From positions 466,713 through 530,712 of the forward strand of contig CAWFYH010000004.1 in NCBI GenBank assembly GCA_963819985.1: a DNA stretch of 64,000 nt, given 5' to 3'. Of the stretch, positions 26,431 through 37,175 are shown in pieces (position 1 is the first letter of the stretch; every line of letters starts with the position of its first letter). The stretch is from an uncultured Actinomycetota bacterium (lineage in GTDB: Bacteria; Actinomycetota; Actinomycetes; DATJPE01). Under the pieces are notes generated by a model. That model saw only the letters and a program-made list of their open reading frames with translations. It was not told the DNA's origin and searched no databases. The translations under genes were made by a program, and so were the position numbers.

Positions 26431-26919
26431 GTGACCGATCTCGATGCCAAAGCGACAAACGGCAGTCCACCAGGCCTCACCACGGGAGGTCCGAGTCGCC
26501 GAACCGTAGTCCTCACGGGAGGCGTCCTTGCCGCGGCGGCCGTCACCGCCGCTTGCAGTTCGAGTGGCTCGAACATCTCAACGCCCGGGCCGACCGCCAC
26601 AGGCGAGGCGTCAGCCAAAGCAGATGCGGGGACGGCGACAACCGTGCAGACCGGAGACATCCCCGTTCGAGGCGGCGACATCCTGGCTGATCAGAAGATC
26701 GTCGTCACCCAGCCGACCGCCGGAGCGTACAAGGCGTTCACGGCTGTGTGTACCCATCAAGGGTGCACCGTCTCGTCAATCGCCGACGGCGCGATCCAAT
26801 GCCCGTGCCACGGCAGCCAGTATTCAATCGCCGACGGCTCGGTGCTCGGCGGTCCAGCGCCGCGGCCGCTCGCAGCACTACCCATCACCGTGTCCGGCAC
26901 CACCATCACCGTGGGTTAG
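26431..26919 (+). CDS. Tat-exported Rieske [2Fe-2S] lipoprotein
   Basis: GTG 26431 behind GGAGAA. Twin-arginine SRRTVVLTGGVLAAAAV followed by lipobox AACSS. C-terminal CTHQGC...CPCHGSQY Rieske motifs. Confidence 0.75.
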   Translation: MTDLDAKATNGSPPGLTTGGPSRRTVVLTGGVLAAAAVTAACSSSGSNISTPGPTATGEASAKADAGTATTVQTGDIPVRGGDILADQKIVVTQPTAGAYKAFTAVCTHQGCTVSSIADGAIQCPCHGSQYSIADGSVLGGPAPRPLAALPITVSGTTITVG

Positions 26920-27015
26920 GACTGGCGCTTCTGCACAGCCTGCAACTGCACGCCCGAGTGGCCGGGTCGCGAGGTGTCCATCGCGGCGATCGCCGAGGGC
27001 TGAGCGCAACATCTC

Positions 27016-27633
27016 TCAAGGTCTTCGTGCCTGGGGGTATGGCGTGTCACCGCGCGAAAGCATCTGAACGTACTGCGCTATCCGGCGAGCACGGGTCTCT
27101 GGGCGCTTGGCGTCATGCACCCGGTACAGGACGGCGAACCTGTTTGTGCGGGTCAGCACGTCCCACATCGCCTGGGCGCTGGGCGAGGCGGCGAGCGCAT
27201 CGCGTAGGTCGTCCGGGACTTCGATGGATGCAGAACCGGGGTACGCCCGCTGCCACCGCCCATCAGCCTTGGCCCGCTCGACCTCGGCCAGACCCGCAGC
27301 CTGCATCCGTCCGCCAGCGATCAACTGTTCAGCCAGATCGACATTGCGTTGTGACCACGAGCTGCGCGGACGCCGGGGCGTGAACCGAACTCGATACGTG
27401 GCTTCATCGCGACGGGTGAGCTGGCCGTCGATCCACCCGTAGCTGAGCGCCTCGGGCAGCGCATCGTCGTAGGTCAGTCGAGTCGGCTCGCTGACACCCT
27501 TCTTGGCCAGCACAAGGCGAACGCCGCCCGATGTCTGATGGTTGGTAGCCAGCCACGCGCGCCAGGTGGCCGCATCTGCGGTCAGTAGCTCAGGAATCTC
27601 CTTCACGCAAACGATTGTCGTACGCCTCAGCAA
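27016..27633 (-). CDS. YdeI/OmpD-associated family protein (DUF1801-like)
   Basis: 205 aa with ...RLTYDDALPEALSYGWIDGQ...RFAVLYRVHDAKRPETRARRIAQYV, matching the YdeI family signature. The start is ambiguous (MLRRTT or an internal start). Confidence 0.6.
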   Translation of the reverse strand: MLRRTTIVCVKEIPELLTADAATWRAWLATNHQTSGGVRLVLAKKGVSEPTRLTYDDALPEALSYGWIDGQLTRRDEATYRVRFTPRRPRSSWSQRNVDLAEQLIAGGRMQAAGLAEVERAKADGRWQRAYPGSASIEVPDDLRDALAASPSAQAMWDVLTRTNRFAVLYRVHDAKRPETRARRIAQYVQMLSRGDTPYPQARRP

Positions 27634-28517
27634 AGTTTGCGTCGCCCGATCCAGGCAGGGTGGCCGGCGGCTTCCTGGTCACCTGCGTGGCCTCGATGCT
27701 CACGCATACCGGCCGAGCTGGAGGTTGTCCACACCCTGGTTTCTGCTGTGGTGACTGTCGGAGGTGGTCGGTAATATCCGATTTATGTCCGTATCAGAGG
27801 CTCTGCCGGTGGACCCGGCGCCGGAGCTGGCCGCCGCCGACCTGACAGGGCTGGTGTGGGAGGACCTGACCACCTCGGATCTGGGTTCGTGGACCGATGA
27901 GCAGCCGGTGGCCGAGGCGCGTCCCGGTCCTGGCTCGCGCGAGTCGCGCGACACCTGACCAACCGCCTCGACCCGACCGCCGCCGCGAGGAAACGCGAAC
28001 GCGCCCGCGCGTCCCGTTCGGTCAGTGTCGAGACGGCGCGGACGCGATGTCCTGGCTGAGCACCCAACGCCCCTCAGCCCGCATCAACGCCGCCTACCAG
28101 CACCTCGACGATCTCGCACGCACCCAACCGGTCGACGACAGCGACCCGCGCACCCTGGACGCCAAACACGCCGACATCGCCCTCGACCATGCGTCGCCGG
28201 GCACATGGGTGGGGGTCGGGAGCGGGTAAGCGAGCGTGGCCGGGCCTGGCAGGAGGCCGCATGACCATGCGGCCGGGTGGGCGAGCGTGCCGCTCCCGAC
28301 CCCCACCGTCTCGAACGGCCGTGCCGGTACGCCCAGCCAGGTCGGTCCCGTCGACGCCGACACCCTCCACGACGACCTCCTCAACCTGGCTCACGACACC
28401 GCGGGGACCGCCCGACGACGACCCGCCCTACTGATCCGGACAGTTCATCTGGTCGTCTGGGCTGTCTCGCGGAATGGACCGCGCGCGGCGCGCTGAGACG
28501 TCGCATTTACCCTGTGA

Positions 28518-29654
<1,137 letters not shown>

Positions 29655-29673
29655 GGCCGGCGCGGGTCTCGGT

Positions 29674-30708
29674 CTAGTCCGACGTCGACCGGTTGCGCCG
29701 TACGGCAGCCACCCAGGCAAGCCCCCCGCCGAGCACAAGTCCCGCCGCACCGACCCAAGCAATCGACCAACCTGAGCTCTCTTCCAGCGCGGGGCTGGAT
29801 GCGGCAGCGACGGTGGCATCGGTGCCGGTCGGCACGGGCTTCGCTGAGGGAGACTTCGACTCAACGACAGTCGGGACAGGCACCCGCCACACGGCACTCC
29901 GCTCGCCCTCACTACCCACGAGCACCGCAGAGCCGTCGAGGTCCCAGGTCAGAGACTCCCCCTGCGGCTGCAGCGGGAGCGCGAGGCGTGTTGCCTTCTT
30001 GCCTATGCCCGGCGCCACAGTGGCGTCAAGGTAGCCCCGCAGTGCCACTCTCCCATCGGGTGCGAAGGATCCATCCGTCATCAGCGGCCCCGCCGATGCG
30101 ACGCGCGTCAGGACGTTGACCTGGCCAGCGCGTAGCTGCGCCGGCGCCTCGTACACCGCCGCGCCCTGAACTCGCTTGGACACGACGTACAGCCGCCCAC
30201 TGCTTGGGTCAACCAGCAAGGTCTCTGCGTCGCGTGGACCGTCGGGGTAGCGCAAGTCGTAGGCAGTCCAGGCCACGGACTGGTCCTCGGCGGCCGTCGG
30301 CTCCGCAACGCGATAGATCCGGATCGTCGTCCACACCGAGTTGTTGTCACCAATATCCCCAACCCATAGCCAGCTACCACCGTCAGGTCTTGGCCCGACC
30401 GACACTGCCTCCCAGTCGCGATTGGTTGCCCCATCCAGTCGCAGGGTCAGCGCCGTACGGCCGTCCGGACCTACGCCGTAGACCTCCGGTTCGCCGCCGC
30501 TGTCGTTGACCGTCCAGAGAACGTCAGGCAAGGTGCGGCTGGCGGCCAGCCCGCTGGACTCCAGGATCCGCGGATCGCGGATCGTCAGCAGCTTCGTCGG
30601 TCCCGGCGACTCCTCAGCCGCGGTGGAGGGCGGAGTCGCGGCGCAGATGGCAGCCAGCCCAACTCCGAGCGCGGCGACCGCTAGCAGGGAGCGCGTCGAG
30701 CCACTCAC
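29674..30708 (-). CDS. hypothetical secreted protein with a C-terminal membrane anchor
   Basis: GTG 30708 overlaps the stop of the upstream methyltransferase gene and yields an N-terminal signal peptide (LLAVAALGVGLAAICAA). C-terminal hydrophobic helix plus RRNRSTSD. The globular body is of unknown family. Confidence 0.55.
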   Translation of the reverse strand: MSGSTRSLLAVAALGVGLAAICAATPPSTAAEESPGPTKLLTIRDPRILESSGLAASRTLPDVLWTVNDSGGEPEVYGVGPDGRTALTLRLDGATNRDWEAVSVGPRPDGGSWLWVGDIGDNNSVWTTIRIYRVAEPTAAEDQSVAWTAYDLRYPDGPRDAETLLVDPSSGRLYVVSKRVQGAAVYEAPAQLRAGQVNVLTRVASAGPLMTDGSFAPDGRVALRGYLDATVAPGIGKKATRLALPLQPQGESLTWDLDGSAVLVGSEGERSAVWRVPVPTVVESKSPSAKPVPTGTDATVAAASSPALEESSGWSIAWVGAAGLVLGGGLAWVAAVRRNRSTSD

Positions 30709-31895
30709 CGGTCGCGCGCCGCTGCGAGAACTGGGCGGAGCTCCAGCTCGAGCAAGTCCTGAAGCCTTGGACGGACCTGCCACGTCTCAGTGAGGTCGAG
30801 GTAGTCCCTCGCCCGCTTCGCGTTGACGGGAGCGTCGGTCCGGACCGCCCGGATGAGGGAGTTGCGTGGGGTGTGCCGCGAGCCGATGAACTCGATCACC
30901 TCGACCCGATATCCCAGCAGCCGCAACACTTCCGCCCGAAGCGCGTCGGTCAGCACGTCGGCGAACCGCTCACGCAGGATCCCTTGCCGGGTCAGTAGGG
31001 CGTACGGGTCCGGCGTGGTCGCCCGACCCAGCTGACGCTGCAGGTCATGGTGGCAACATGGCGCCGCCAGAATGATCGGAGCTCGCCACCGAACTGCCCG
31101 TGCCAGGGCGTCGTCCGTGGCTGTGTCACATGCATGCAGGGCGAGGGCAAAGTCCAAGGAAGCCGGCCCTAGATCGACGTCTGCGTCGATGATCGTGGAC
31201 TCGACGAAGCTGACGTCGTCTTGCCAGCCGAGCCGGTCCGCAGCCGCCTGGTTGTGCTGACGTGCCTGGGCCTTGACGTCCACTCCCACCACCCGGGTCG
31301 GTCGCTGGCGATTGAGCGTCAGGTGCCGGTAGGCGGCCAACGTCAGGGCCGCGTTGCCGCACCCGAGATCCACGAGACCGATCGGGCGGTCGGTCTCGTC
31401 GGGGACCACTGGGTCGAGTGCTCGCAAGAAGGCCTCAACCTGCCGCCGTTTGTCGGTGTCGGCCGCGACCACATCGAAGACAGGGTCCCCCGCTGAAAGG
31501 AGATGGCCGGGGGTCCGGTCGTGAGCCGTCTGCTGGCTGCGATCCGCAGTCGACCGGTGGACTTGGGCTTCTCCCTTCTTGGTCACTCGCAGTTGCAGCG
31601 TCTGGTCCACGGTGTCGACATGCCAATTGCCGTACGCCTCCGCCAACAACCCGTCGACGACGGCCTCGGCCTCGCAGCCGTACCCGAGATGCTGGGTCGT
31701 CGTCTGGACGCCGTCCCAGGAGGCGACCAAGAGCCGACGCCCGTCCTTCAGGTCCACAGGTCGCAGCTCGACGCGGCCGGCCGCCGGCTTCGGGTGTCCC
31801 TTGCGCCTTCCGGCGCCGACGGCGCGCACCAATCCAGCTGGATCCAGGAGCAGCGTTCGAATCACGGCAAGGGCGGGCAGCAGAGGCTCTGGCAT
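30705..31895 (-). CDS. class I SAM-dependent methyltransferase
   Basis: 396 aa. Motif I VDLGCGNAALTLAA and an acidic loop (VGVDVKAQ). The N-terminal ~170 aa form an extra domain of unknown function. Confidence 0.7.
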   Translation of the reverse strand: MPEPLLPALAVIRTLLLDPAGLVRAVGAGRRKGHPKPAAGRVELRPVDLKDGRRLLVASWDGVQTTTQHLGYGCEAEAVVDGLLAEAYGNWHVDTVDQTLQLRVTKKGEAQVHRSTADRSQQTAHDRTPGHLLSAGDPVFDVVAADTDKRRQVEAFLRALDPVVPDETDRPIGLVDLGCGNAALTLAAYRHLTLNRQRPTRVVGVDVKAQARQHNQAAADRLGWQDDVSFVESTIIDADVDLGPASLDFALALHACDTATDDALARAVRWRAPIILAAPCCHHDLQRQLGRATTPDPYALLTRQGILRERFADVLTDALRAEVLRLLGYRVEVIEFIGSRHTPRNSLIRAVRTDAPVNAKRARDYLDLTETWQVRPRLQDLLELELRPVLAAARDR

Positions 31896-32079
31896 GGGTT
31901 CAGGGTCGAATCAGGTGACGAGAGCGCCGAGAAGGACGAGCAAGACCATGAACACCAGAGCGGCCGGCACCAGCCACCGCCGCGTCCTTGGGTCCATGAA
32001 GTTGAGCGTACGCGGGCAGGGCACCTCCACGGCTGGCCCGACTGGCCCCCGCTGCGGCCAACCTCAATAGGCTGCGTCC

Positions 32080-32313
32080 ATGTCCAGCCACGAGCCTCCG
32101 GACGCTCCGCACGCCGACGCCGTCGTCCCGGTGTTGGTCGGCACCGGCTTGTGGGCCATAGCGCTGCTGATCGGGCTCATCATCGGAGCAGATCCGCCGT
32201 GGGTCCAGGTCAGCGCCGTCGGTCTTGGCATGGGAGTGCTCGGCTCGGCGTTCGTGCTGCGGCGACGTGCGGCCTATCGCCGGGCCGGAAAAGCTTCCTC
32301 CGGCCAGGGCTGA
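32080..32313 (+). CDS. small two-TM membrane protein (DUF2530-like)
   Basis: 77 aa with two hydrophobic helices and a basic tail (RRRAAYRRAGK). Typical of small actinobacterial membrane proteins. Weak evidence. Confidence 0.35.
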   Translation: MSSHEPPDAPHADAVVPVLVGTGLWAIALLIGLIIGADPPWVQVSAVGLGMGVLGSAFVLRRRAAYRRAGKASSGQG

Positions 32314-32321
32314 CGTCCGGC

Positions 32322-33086
32322 TCAGGAGTGCCCGAGGTCGTCGTATCCGAGGTCGTCGACGATCGGTGTGGGCAAACCGCTCGGCTGCCGCAGCCGCCGA
32401 CTCTCCGCCGATCCCTCGGAATGCGCTCCGCAACCATGGTCGAAGGAGACCGCGTGGCCGTCGCTGGGTGAATAGATGTTGGCGCACAGTCCGAAGGCCT
32501 GCCCGAGCACCCCGCCGATGTGAACGAGAAAGCCACAGCCGTCACAGGTGCCCGGCGCCTGCTCGGCCAGGGGGACGTAGGGTCCGCCGGCACCGTTGAC
32601 CCATCGGTCGGCCGCCTCTTCACGACCCTCGGCCGACAGAATCCGTCGTCGCCCCAGTCCAAGGTCGCGCGCGACGAAAACCACATCCTCGTCCGGCTCC
32701 TCCTGACCGAGAGCCGACCAACCCGGCGCGAGCCTGGGATCGTCATCCGCTGTCGGAAGGATGTCACCGACACCTACGTCACCAGCCTCGAGCCGGTCAG
32801 CCCAGGGGATCCAAGCTGGGGCGAGCAGAGCGTCCGGCCCCGGCAGGTGGACGACCTCGTCGATGGTCACAACTCGGCCGCGCGGCACTCGCGCGACCGT
32901 CACCGCCCAACGCCACCCCACGTAGCCGGGCAGCAGGCTGTCGAACAGGTGGGTCACCACCCGTTCATCCGAGGCCTCCGTCGACAGGTGTTCTCCGACA
33001 GCCGCATCACCGGCGACCTCCACCGCGGCCGCCCGGGCATCGTCGACCACCGCGGCTGCGGCCGCATCGAGAGTGAGCGTTGCCAT
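32322..33086 (-). CDS. DUF3027 domain-containing protein
   Basis: Start MATLTLDAAAAAV. C-terminal CDGCGFLVHIGG...GLCANIYSPSDGHAVSFDHGCGAHSE Cys/His-rich region characteristic of DUF3027 proteins conserved in actinobacteria. Confidence 0.6.
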   Translation of the reverse strand: MATLTLDAAAAAVVDDARAAAVEVAGDAAVGEHLSTEASDERVVTHLFDSLLPGYVGWRWAVTVARVPRGRVVTIDEVVHLPGPDALLAPAWIPWADRLEAGDVGVGDILPTADDDPRLAPGWSALGQEEPDEDVVFVARDLGLGRRRILSAEGREEAADRWVNGAGGPYVPLAEQAPGTCDGCGFLVHIGGVLGQAFGLCANIYSPSDGHAVSFDHGCGAHSEGSAESRRLRQPSGLPTPIVDDLGYDDLGHS

Positions 33087-33090
33087 CCGG

Positions 33091-33468
33091 TCAGCCGTCC
33101 ATCTGGTCAGCGACGGCTCGCAGCATCTTCGACACCTTGGTGGTGTCAGCTGGGTAACGCCCGCGGCGGAGGCCATTGCCAACCCCGTCGAGCACCTTGA
33201 TCAGGTCCTCGACGATGACGGCCATGTCCTCGGCCGGACGGCGCTTGGCCTTGGCGACCGACGGGATCGGATCGAGTAGTCGTACGGACAACGCCTGCTC
33301 GCCCTTCTTGCCCTCGGCAACCCCGAACTCGACCCGGGCGCCGGTGGGCAACGCTTCGAGGCCGTCGGGCAGCGCAGATGCATGGACGAAGACATCTCCG
33401 CCGTCGTCGCGGGAAAGGAAACCGAAGCCCTTCTCGGTGTCGAAGAACTTGACTTGACCGGTGGGCAC
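33091..33468 (-). CDS. cold-shock domain protein with a C-terminal extension
   Basis: GTG start. N-terminal 67 aa form a CSD (GQVKFFDTEKGFGFL...VFVH) followed by a ~55-aa basic/acidic tail. Confidence 0.8.
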   Translation of the reverse strand: MPTGQVKFFDTEKGFGFLSRDDGGDVFVHASALPDGLEALPTGARVEFGVAEGKKGEQALSVRLLDPIPSVAKAKRRPAEDMAVIVEDLIKVLDGVGNGLRRGRYPADTTKVSKMLRAVADQMDG

Positions 33469-33587
33469 GAGATTCTCCTGGAACGGGGGTTCGACGGTGG
33501 GTTCGACCCGGACGAGCTGGTCGCGGGTGCTGCCTGATGGCTCGAGTCCTAGCGTAGCCGGGTTGTGTCCCGCTCCGCCCCCGTTGA

Positions 33588-34772
33588 TCAGCCCTTTGCC
33601 ACGTCAACCAGATCGACGGGCGCGTCGTGGGCCACGCAGATCGCCGATGGTTTGTCCCAGGTGACCAGTCCCCACCGACGCGACGCGTCCCGGATCTGCG
33701 CCTTCGTCAACCCGGCTTCCCGCAAAGGGGCCAGCGCCCCACGGTCCTCTGCCGCACCGATGGTGGGTTGGAGACTCGGGAGAGCAGCGTCGTCTGCCTG
33801 GATTCCAGTGACGATGTATCGCACAGCAAGGCGTTCAGCGACCGGACGGAGAACCTCGAGGAGCTCTGCCTTGCAGAAATAGCAACAGCCTGCAGGCTCG
33901 CCGACGACGTCCTTGCGGGTCGCCTCAAACGATCGCGGAGCCACGTGGCGTACACCGAGGTCGTGAGCAATCTCCCGGGCCAGCTCAAGCTCTCCAGGGG
34001 CCAGCGTCTGCGAGACCACCGTGGCCGCAACAACATGCATAGGTCCGAGAGCGCGTACAGCTGCCGCCAGCACGAACGACGAGTCGGCACCGCCACTGAA
34101 CGCCACCACGACCGAGTCCAGCGCCGAGAACTCCTCCTCCAGTGCGGCCAGCTGGGTGAGGAGGAGGTGCTCGTCCAACCAGCCGGGGAAGTCCAGCAGC
34201 GTGTCGAGAACAGCGTTGGCGCCTGCGTCGACCAGTTCGGCGGCTGAAGCTGCACCCGTTGCTACTCCGACTGCGTGAACCCCCGCCTGCCTGGCAGCAG
34301 CCATGTCCCCCGGATGATCACCGACATAGATCCCAGCACCGTGCTCACGCAGGGCTTCAGCCTTGCCCTCCGCCCAACGCCAGCCCTCCAGCTCGTCCAC
34401 GTCCAGAGCAAGGTGGTCGAGATGCAGGGCAGCGTTCGGAGCGAACTTCGCGGTGACGACCAGCGAACGGCCGCCAGCCGCCCGGACGGCCGCGAGGGCC
34501 TCCGAGGCGCCTGCCAGGGCAGCCGTCGGCTCGATGGCCAGGCTGGGGTAGAGCTCCCGGAACCGATCAGCCATCGCCGGCACGAGCTCCGGCGCGAACC
34601 AGTTGGCCAGCTCGGTGTTGAGCGGTGGGCCCAGCCGGGTCAGCACGAGCGGGACATCGATGAACGTCGCCGACTCGGCTGCCAGTGCCTCCAGGACCGC
34701 TCCGATCCCCGGTCGTGAGTCGATCAGGGTCATGTCGAGGTCGAAGCCAACGACCAGCGGAGGGAATGGCAC
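33588..34772 (-). CDS. bifunctional-looking fusion: HAD-superfamily phosphatase (N-terminal) + PP-loop ATP pyrophosphatase of the LarE/TIGR00268 family (C-terminal)
   Basis: HAD motif I FDLDMTLID and motif IV GDHPGDMAAA. The C-terminal half has the PP-loop SGGADSS and the CYFCK motif seen in LarE-like sulfur-insertion ATPases. GTG 34772 is chosen so as not to overlap the divergent gene; the ATG at 34928 is an alternative. Confidence 0.65.
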   Translation of the reverse strand: MPFPPLVVGFDLDMTLIDSRPGIGAVLEALAAESATFIDVPLVLTRLGPPLNTELANWFAPELVPAMADRFRELYPSLAIEPTAALAGASEALAAVRAAGGRSLVVTAKFAPNAALHLDHLALDVDELEGWRWAEGKAEALREHGAGIYVGDHPGDMAAARQAGVHAVGVATGAASAAELVDAGANAVLDTLLDFPGWLDEHLLLTQLAALEEEFSALDSVVVAFSGGADSSFVLAAAVRALGPMHVVAATVVSQTLAPGELELAREIAHDLGVRHVAPRSFEATRKDVVGEPAGCCYFCKAELLEVLRPVAERLAVRYIVTGIQADDAALPSLQPTIGAAEDRGALAPLREAGLTKAQIRDASRRWGLVTWDKPSAICVAHDAPVDLVDVAKG

Positions 34773-34814
34773 GGGAATGAGAGTACTGACGCCACTGCGG
34801 GTAGCGTCGTTCGG

Positions 34815-37175
34815 ATGACCACGGTCCCACCGGCGCGCAGCCTGGCCGAGGCGCTGCGCGCCTGGACCGATGAGCAGTTCGTGGAACTGCTCCGAGCCAG
34901 GCCGGACCTCCTGACGCCGGTCCCCCACGACATGGCCTCCTTGGCCGCTCGAGCCAGCTCGATCCCCTCGGTGTCCCGCGCCCTGGACCAGCTCGATCAG
35001 TTCTCCCTAGACGTCCTGGAGGCGGCAGCCGTACTCCACGAACAGGTCAACGTCGAGACGTTGTCGACAGCTTTGCCCGGAGTCGACAGGGCGGCACTCG
35101 AGGATGCCCTCGTGCAGCTCCGCAGTCTCGCGCTGCTGTACGGCCCGGAGGGCGAGGAGCGGCTGGTACGCGGGGCGGTCGACGCGCTAGGTCCGACGGT
35201 CAGCGGATTGGGGCCGGCGATGGCGGCCTCGCACGCTGACGTCTCAGCGCTGGCCTCGGACCCTGCCAGGCTTCGGGAGCTCCTCGCCGAAGGGCCCGAG
35301 GGAGCCTCGGCTGCCTTGGACCAGCTCCTCTGGGGACCACCGCACGGGCGTATCGAAAACGCGCGGCGTCTGGTCAAGGATCCGGCTCAGGCAAAGACTC
35401 CGGTGGAGTGGCTGCTCGCCCACTCGTTCCTGGTTGCCGTCGGTCCGGACACCGTCGTCCTGCCCCGCGAGGTGGCGCTGGTCCTTCGTGACGGCGTGGT
35501 CCGTCGGGATGCCTCACCCCGACCGCCGATCTTGACCGGTGAACCTCGCGAGCATGTCGAGGCCTCGGCCGCCGGACAGGCCTTCAGCGCCGTGCGCCTG
35601 GTCGAAACCTTGCTGGAGGCTTGGGGGCTGGACTCCCCCGCTGTGCTGCGCGCAGGCGGGTTGGGCGTTCGCGAGCTGAAACGCACGGCTGGGCTCCTCG
35701 ATGTGGACGAGATCACCGCGGCCGCGGTCATCGAAGTTGCTCGTGCCGCCGGTCTGCTCGCCGCAGACGGGGAGCTCAATGAGGCCTTCGCCCCCACCCC
35801 CGGCTACGACCTGTGGTTGGCCCAGGAGACGGCAGACCGCTGGAGCCAGCTGGCCGCGGCATGGTTGGCTGCGCCGCGCGCGGCCGGGCTCGTCGGAAGC
35901 CGCGACACCCGCGACAAGACCCGCGCCGCACTGGGTCCCGACCTCGAGCGGCCCGCGGCACCCGACCTGCGTGCGGCAGTCCTGACCCTGCTGGCTGATC
36001 TTCCCGAGGGCCATGCTCCAAGCCCCGAGCAGCTCATGGAGCAGCTGGACTGGAGCCATCCGCGACGCGGCGGGCCGGCCCGACATGACCTCATCACCTG
36101 GACGTTGGCCGAGGCCGAGCTGTTGGGCATCACCGGGCGAGGCGCCCTCTCCCGCCCCGGCCGAGCGTTGCTCACCGAGGGGTCAGACGAGGCTGCCGAC
36201 ATGTTGGCGCCGCTGCTCCCGACGCCGCTGGATCACGTGCTGATCCAGGCCGACCTGACCGCCGTGGCGCCAGGTCCGCTGGAGTCGGCTCTGGCGGGCG
36301 AGCTGGCCCTGGTCGCTGATGTGGAGTCGACGGGTGGGGCGACGGTCTTTCGCTTCACGCCCGACTCGGTTCGGCGCGCGCTCGACGCTGGTCGCAGTGC
36401 GGCCGATCTCCACGCCATGTTGGCTGCGCGGTCCAAGACGGCAGTGCCGCAGCCGCTGACCTACCTCATCGACGACGTCGCCCGCAGGCACGGGCGGATC
36501 CGGGTGGGCGTTGCGTCCGCCTACATCCGCTGTGACGACCTGGCCCTGCTCGACGAGATGCTCGCGGATCGCAGATCGGCGACGCTGCGGATGCGTCGGT
36601 TGGCGCCGACCGTCGTGGCGGCTCAGGCACCGGTCGACCAGGTGCTTGCCGGACTGCGCTCCATGGGACTGGCGCCCGCGGCCGAGGCTCCTGACGGGAG
36701 CGTGGTGGTGCGTCGCCCCGACAGTCGACGTACGCCTCCGCGGCAGCGCCCGCCTCGCCTCGCCGTACGACAGGCCATGCCTGGCGAGAAGCTGCTGACA
36801 GCAGCCGTACGCGCCATCCGGGCCGGGGAGCGGGCCTCCACCGCACCTCGCGGACGCACGGTGGGGTCGCCGTTTGGCGGCGCTGTCCCGCGTAGCAGCA
36901 CGGCGGAGACGCTGTCCCTGCTCGGATCCGCGGTGCAGGCGGAACGGCCGCTCTGGATCGGCTACGTCGATCCGCACGGTGGGGTGACCGAGCGGGTCGT
37001 CGATCCGCTCCGGCTGGCCGGCGGCTACCTGACGGCCTTCGATCACCGCAAGCAAGAGGTCCACACCTTCGCGGTGCACCGGATCAGCGGGGTGGCCGAG
37101 CTCACCGATGGCGAAACCGTCGGCGGTTCAGGAGACAATGGACAACCCGAATCCAGCCCGGAAGGCGTCGCGTGA
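34815..37175 (+). CDS. large conserved helicase-associated protein (XPB partner, Rv0862c-like)
   Basis: 786-aa Ala/Leu-rich protein. Its stop overlaps the start of the XPB gene (GTGA). No catalytic motif recognised by eye. Confidence 0.6.
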   Translation: MTTVPPARSLAEALRAWTDEQFVELLRARPDLLTPVPHDMASLAARASSIPSVSRALDQLDQFSLDVLEAAAVLHEQVNVETLSTALPGVDRAALEDALVQLRSLALLYGPEGEERLVRGAVDALGPTVSGLGPAMAASHADVSALASDPARLRELLAEGPEGASAALDQLLWGPPHGRIENARRLVKDPAQAKTPVEWLLAHSFLVAVGPDTVVLPREVALVLRDGVVRRDASPRPPILTGEPREHVEASAAGQAFSAVRLVETLLEAWGLDSPAVLRAGGLGVRELKRTAGLLDVDEITAAAVIEVARAAGLLAADGELNEAFAPTPGYDLWLAQETADRWSQLAAAWLAAPRAAGLVGSRDTRDKTRAALGPDLERPAAPDLRAAVLTLLADLPEGHAPSPEQLMEQLDWSHPRRGGPARHDLITWTLAEAELLGITGRGALSRPGRALLTEGSDEAADMLAPLLPTPLDHVLIQADLTAVAPGPLESALAGELALVADVESTGGATVFRFTPDSVRRALDAGRSAADLHAMLAARSKTAVPQPLTYLIDDVARRHGRIRVGVASAYIRCDDLALLDEMLADRRSATLRMRRLAPTVVAAQAPVDQVLAGLRSMGLAPAAEAPDGSVVVRRPDSRRTPPRQRPPRLAVRQAMPGEKLLTAAVRAIRAGERASTAPRGRTVGSPFGGAVPRSSTAETLSLLGSAVQAERPLWIGYVDPHGGVTERVVDPLRLAGGYLTAFDHRKQEVHTFAVHRISGVAELTDGETVGGSGDNGQPESSPEGVA

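Noticed and set aside
31904-31990. 28-codon minus-strand ORF (MDPRTRRWLVPAALVFMVLLVLLGALVT) upstream of the methyltransferase gene.
   Set aside because: It could be a small membrane peptide, but it is too short and unsupported by any conserved feature to call.
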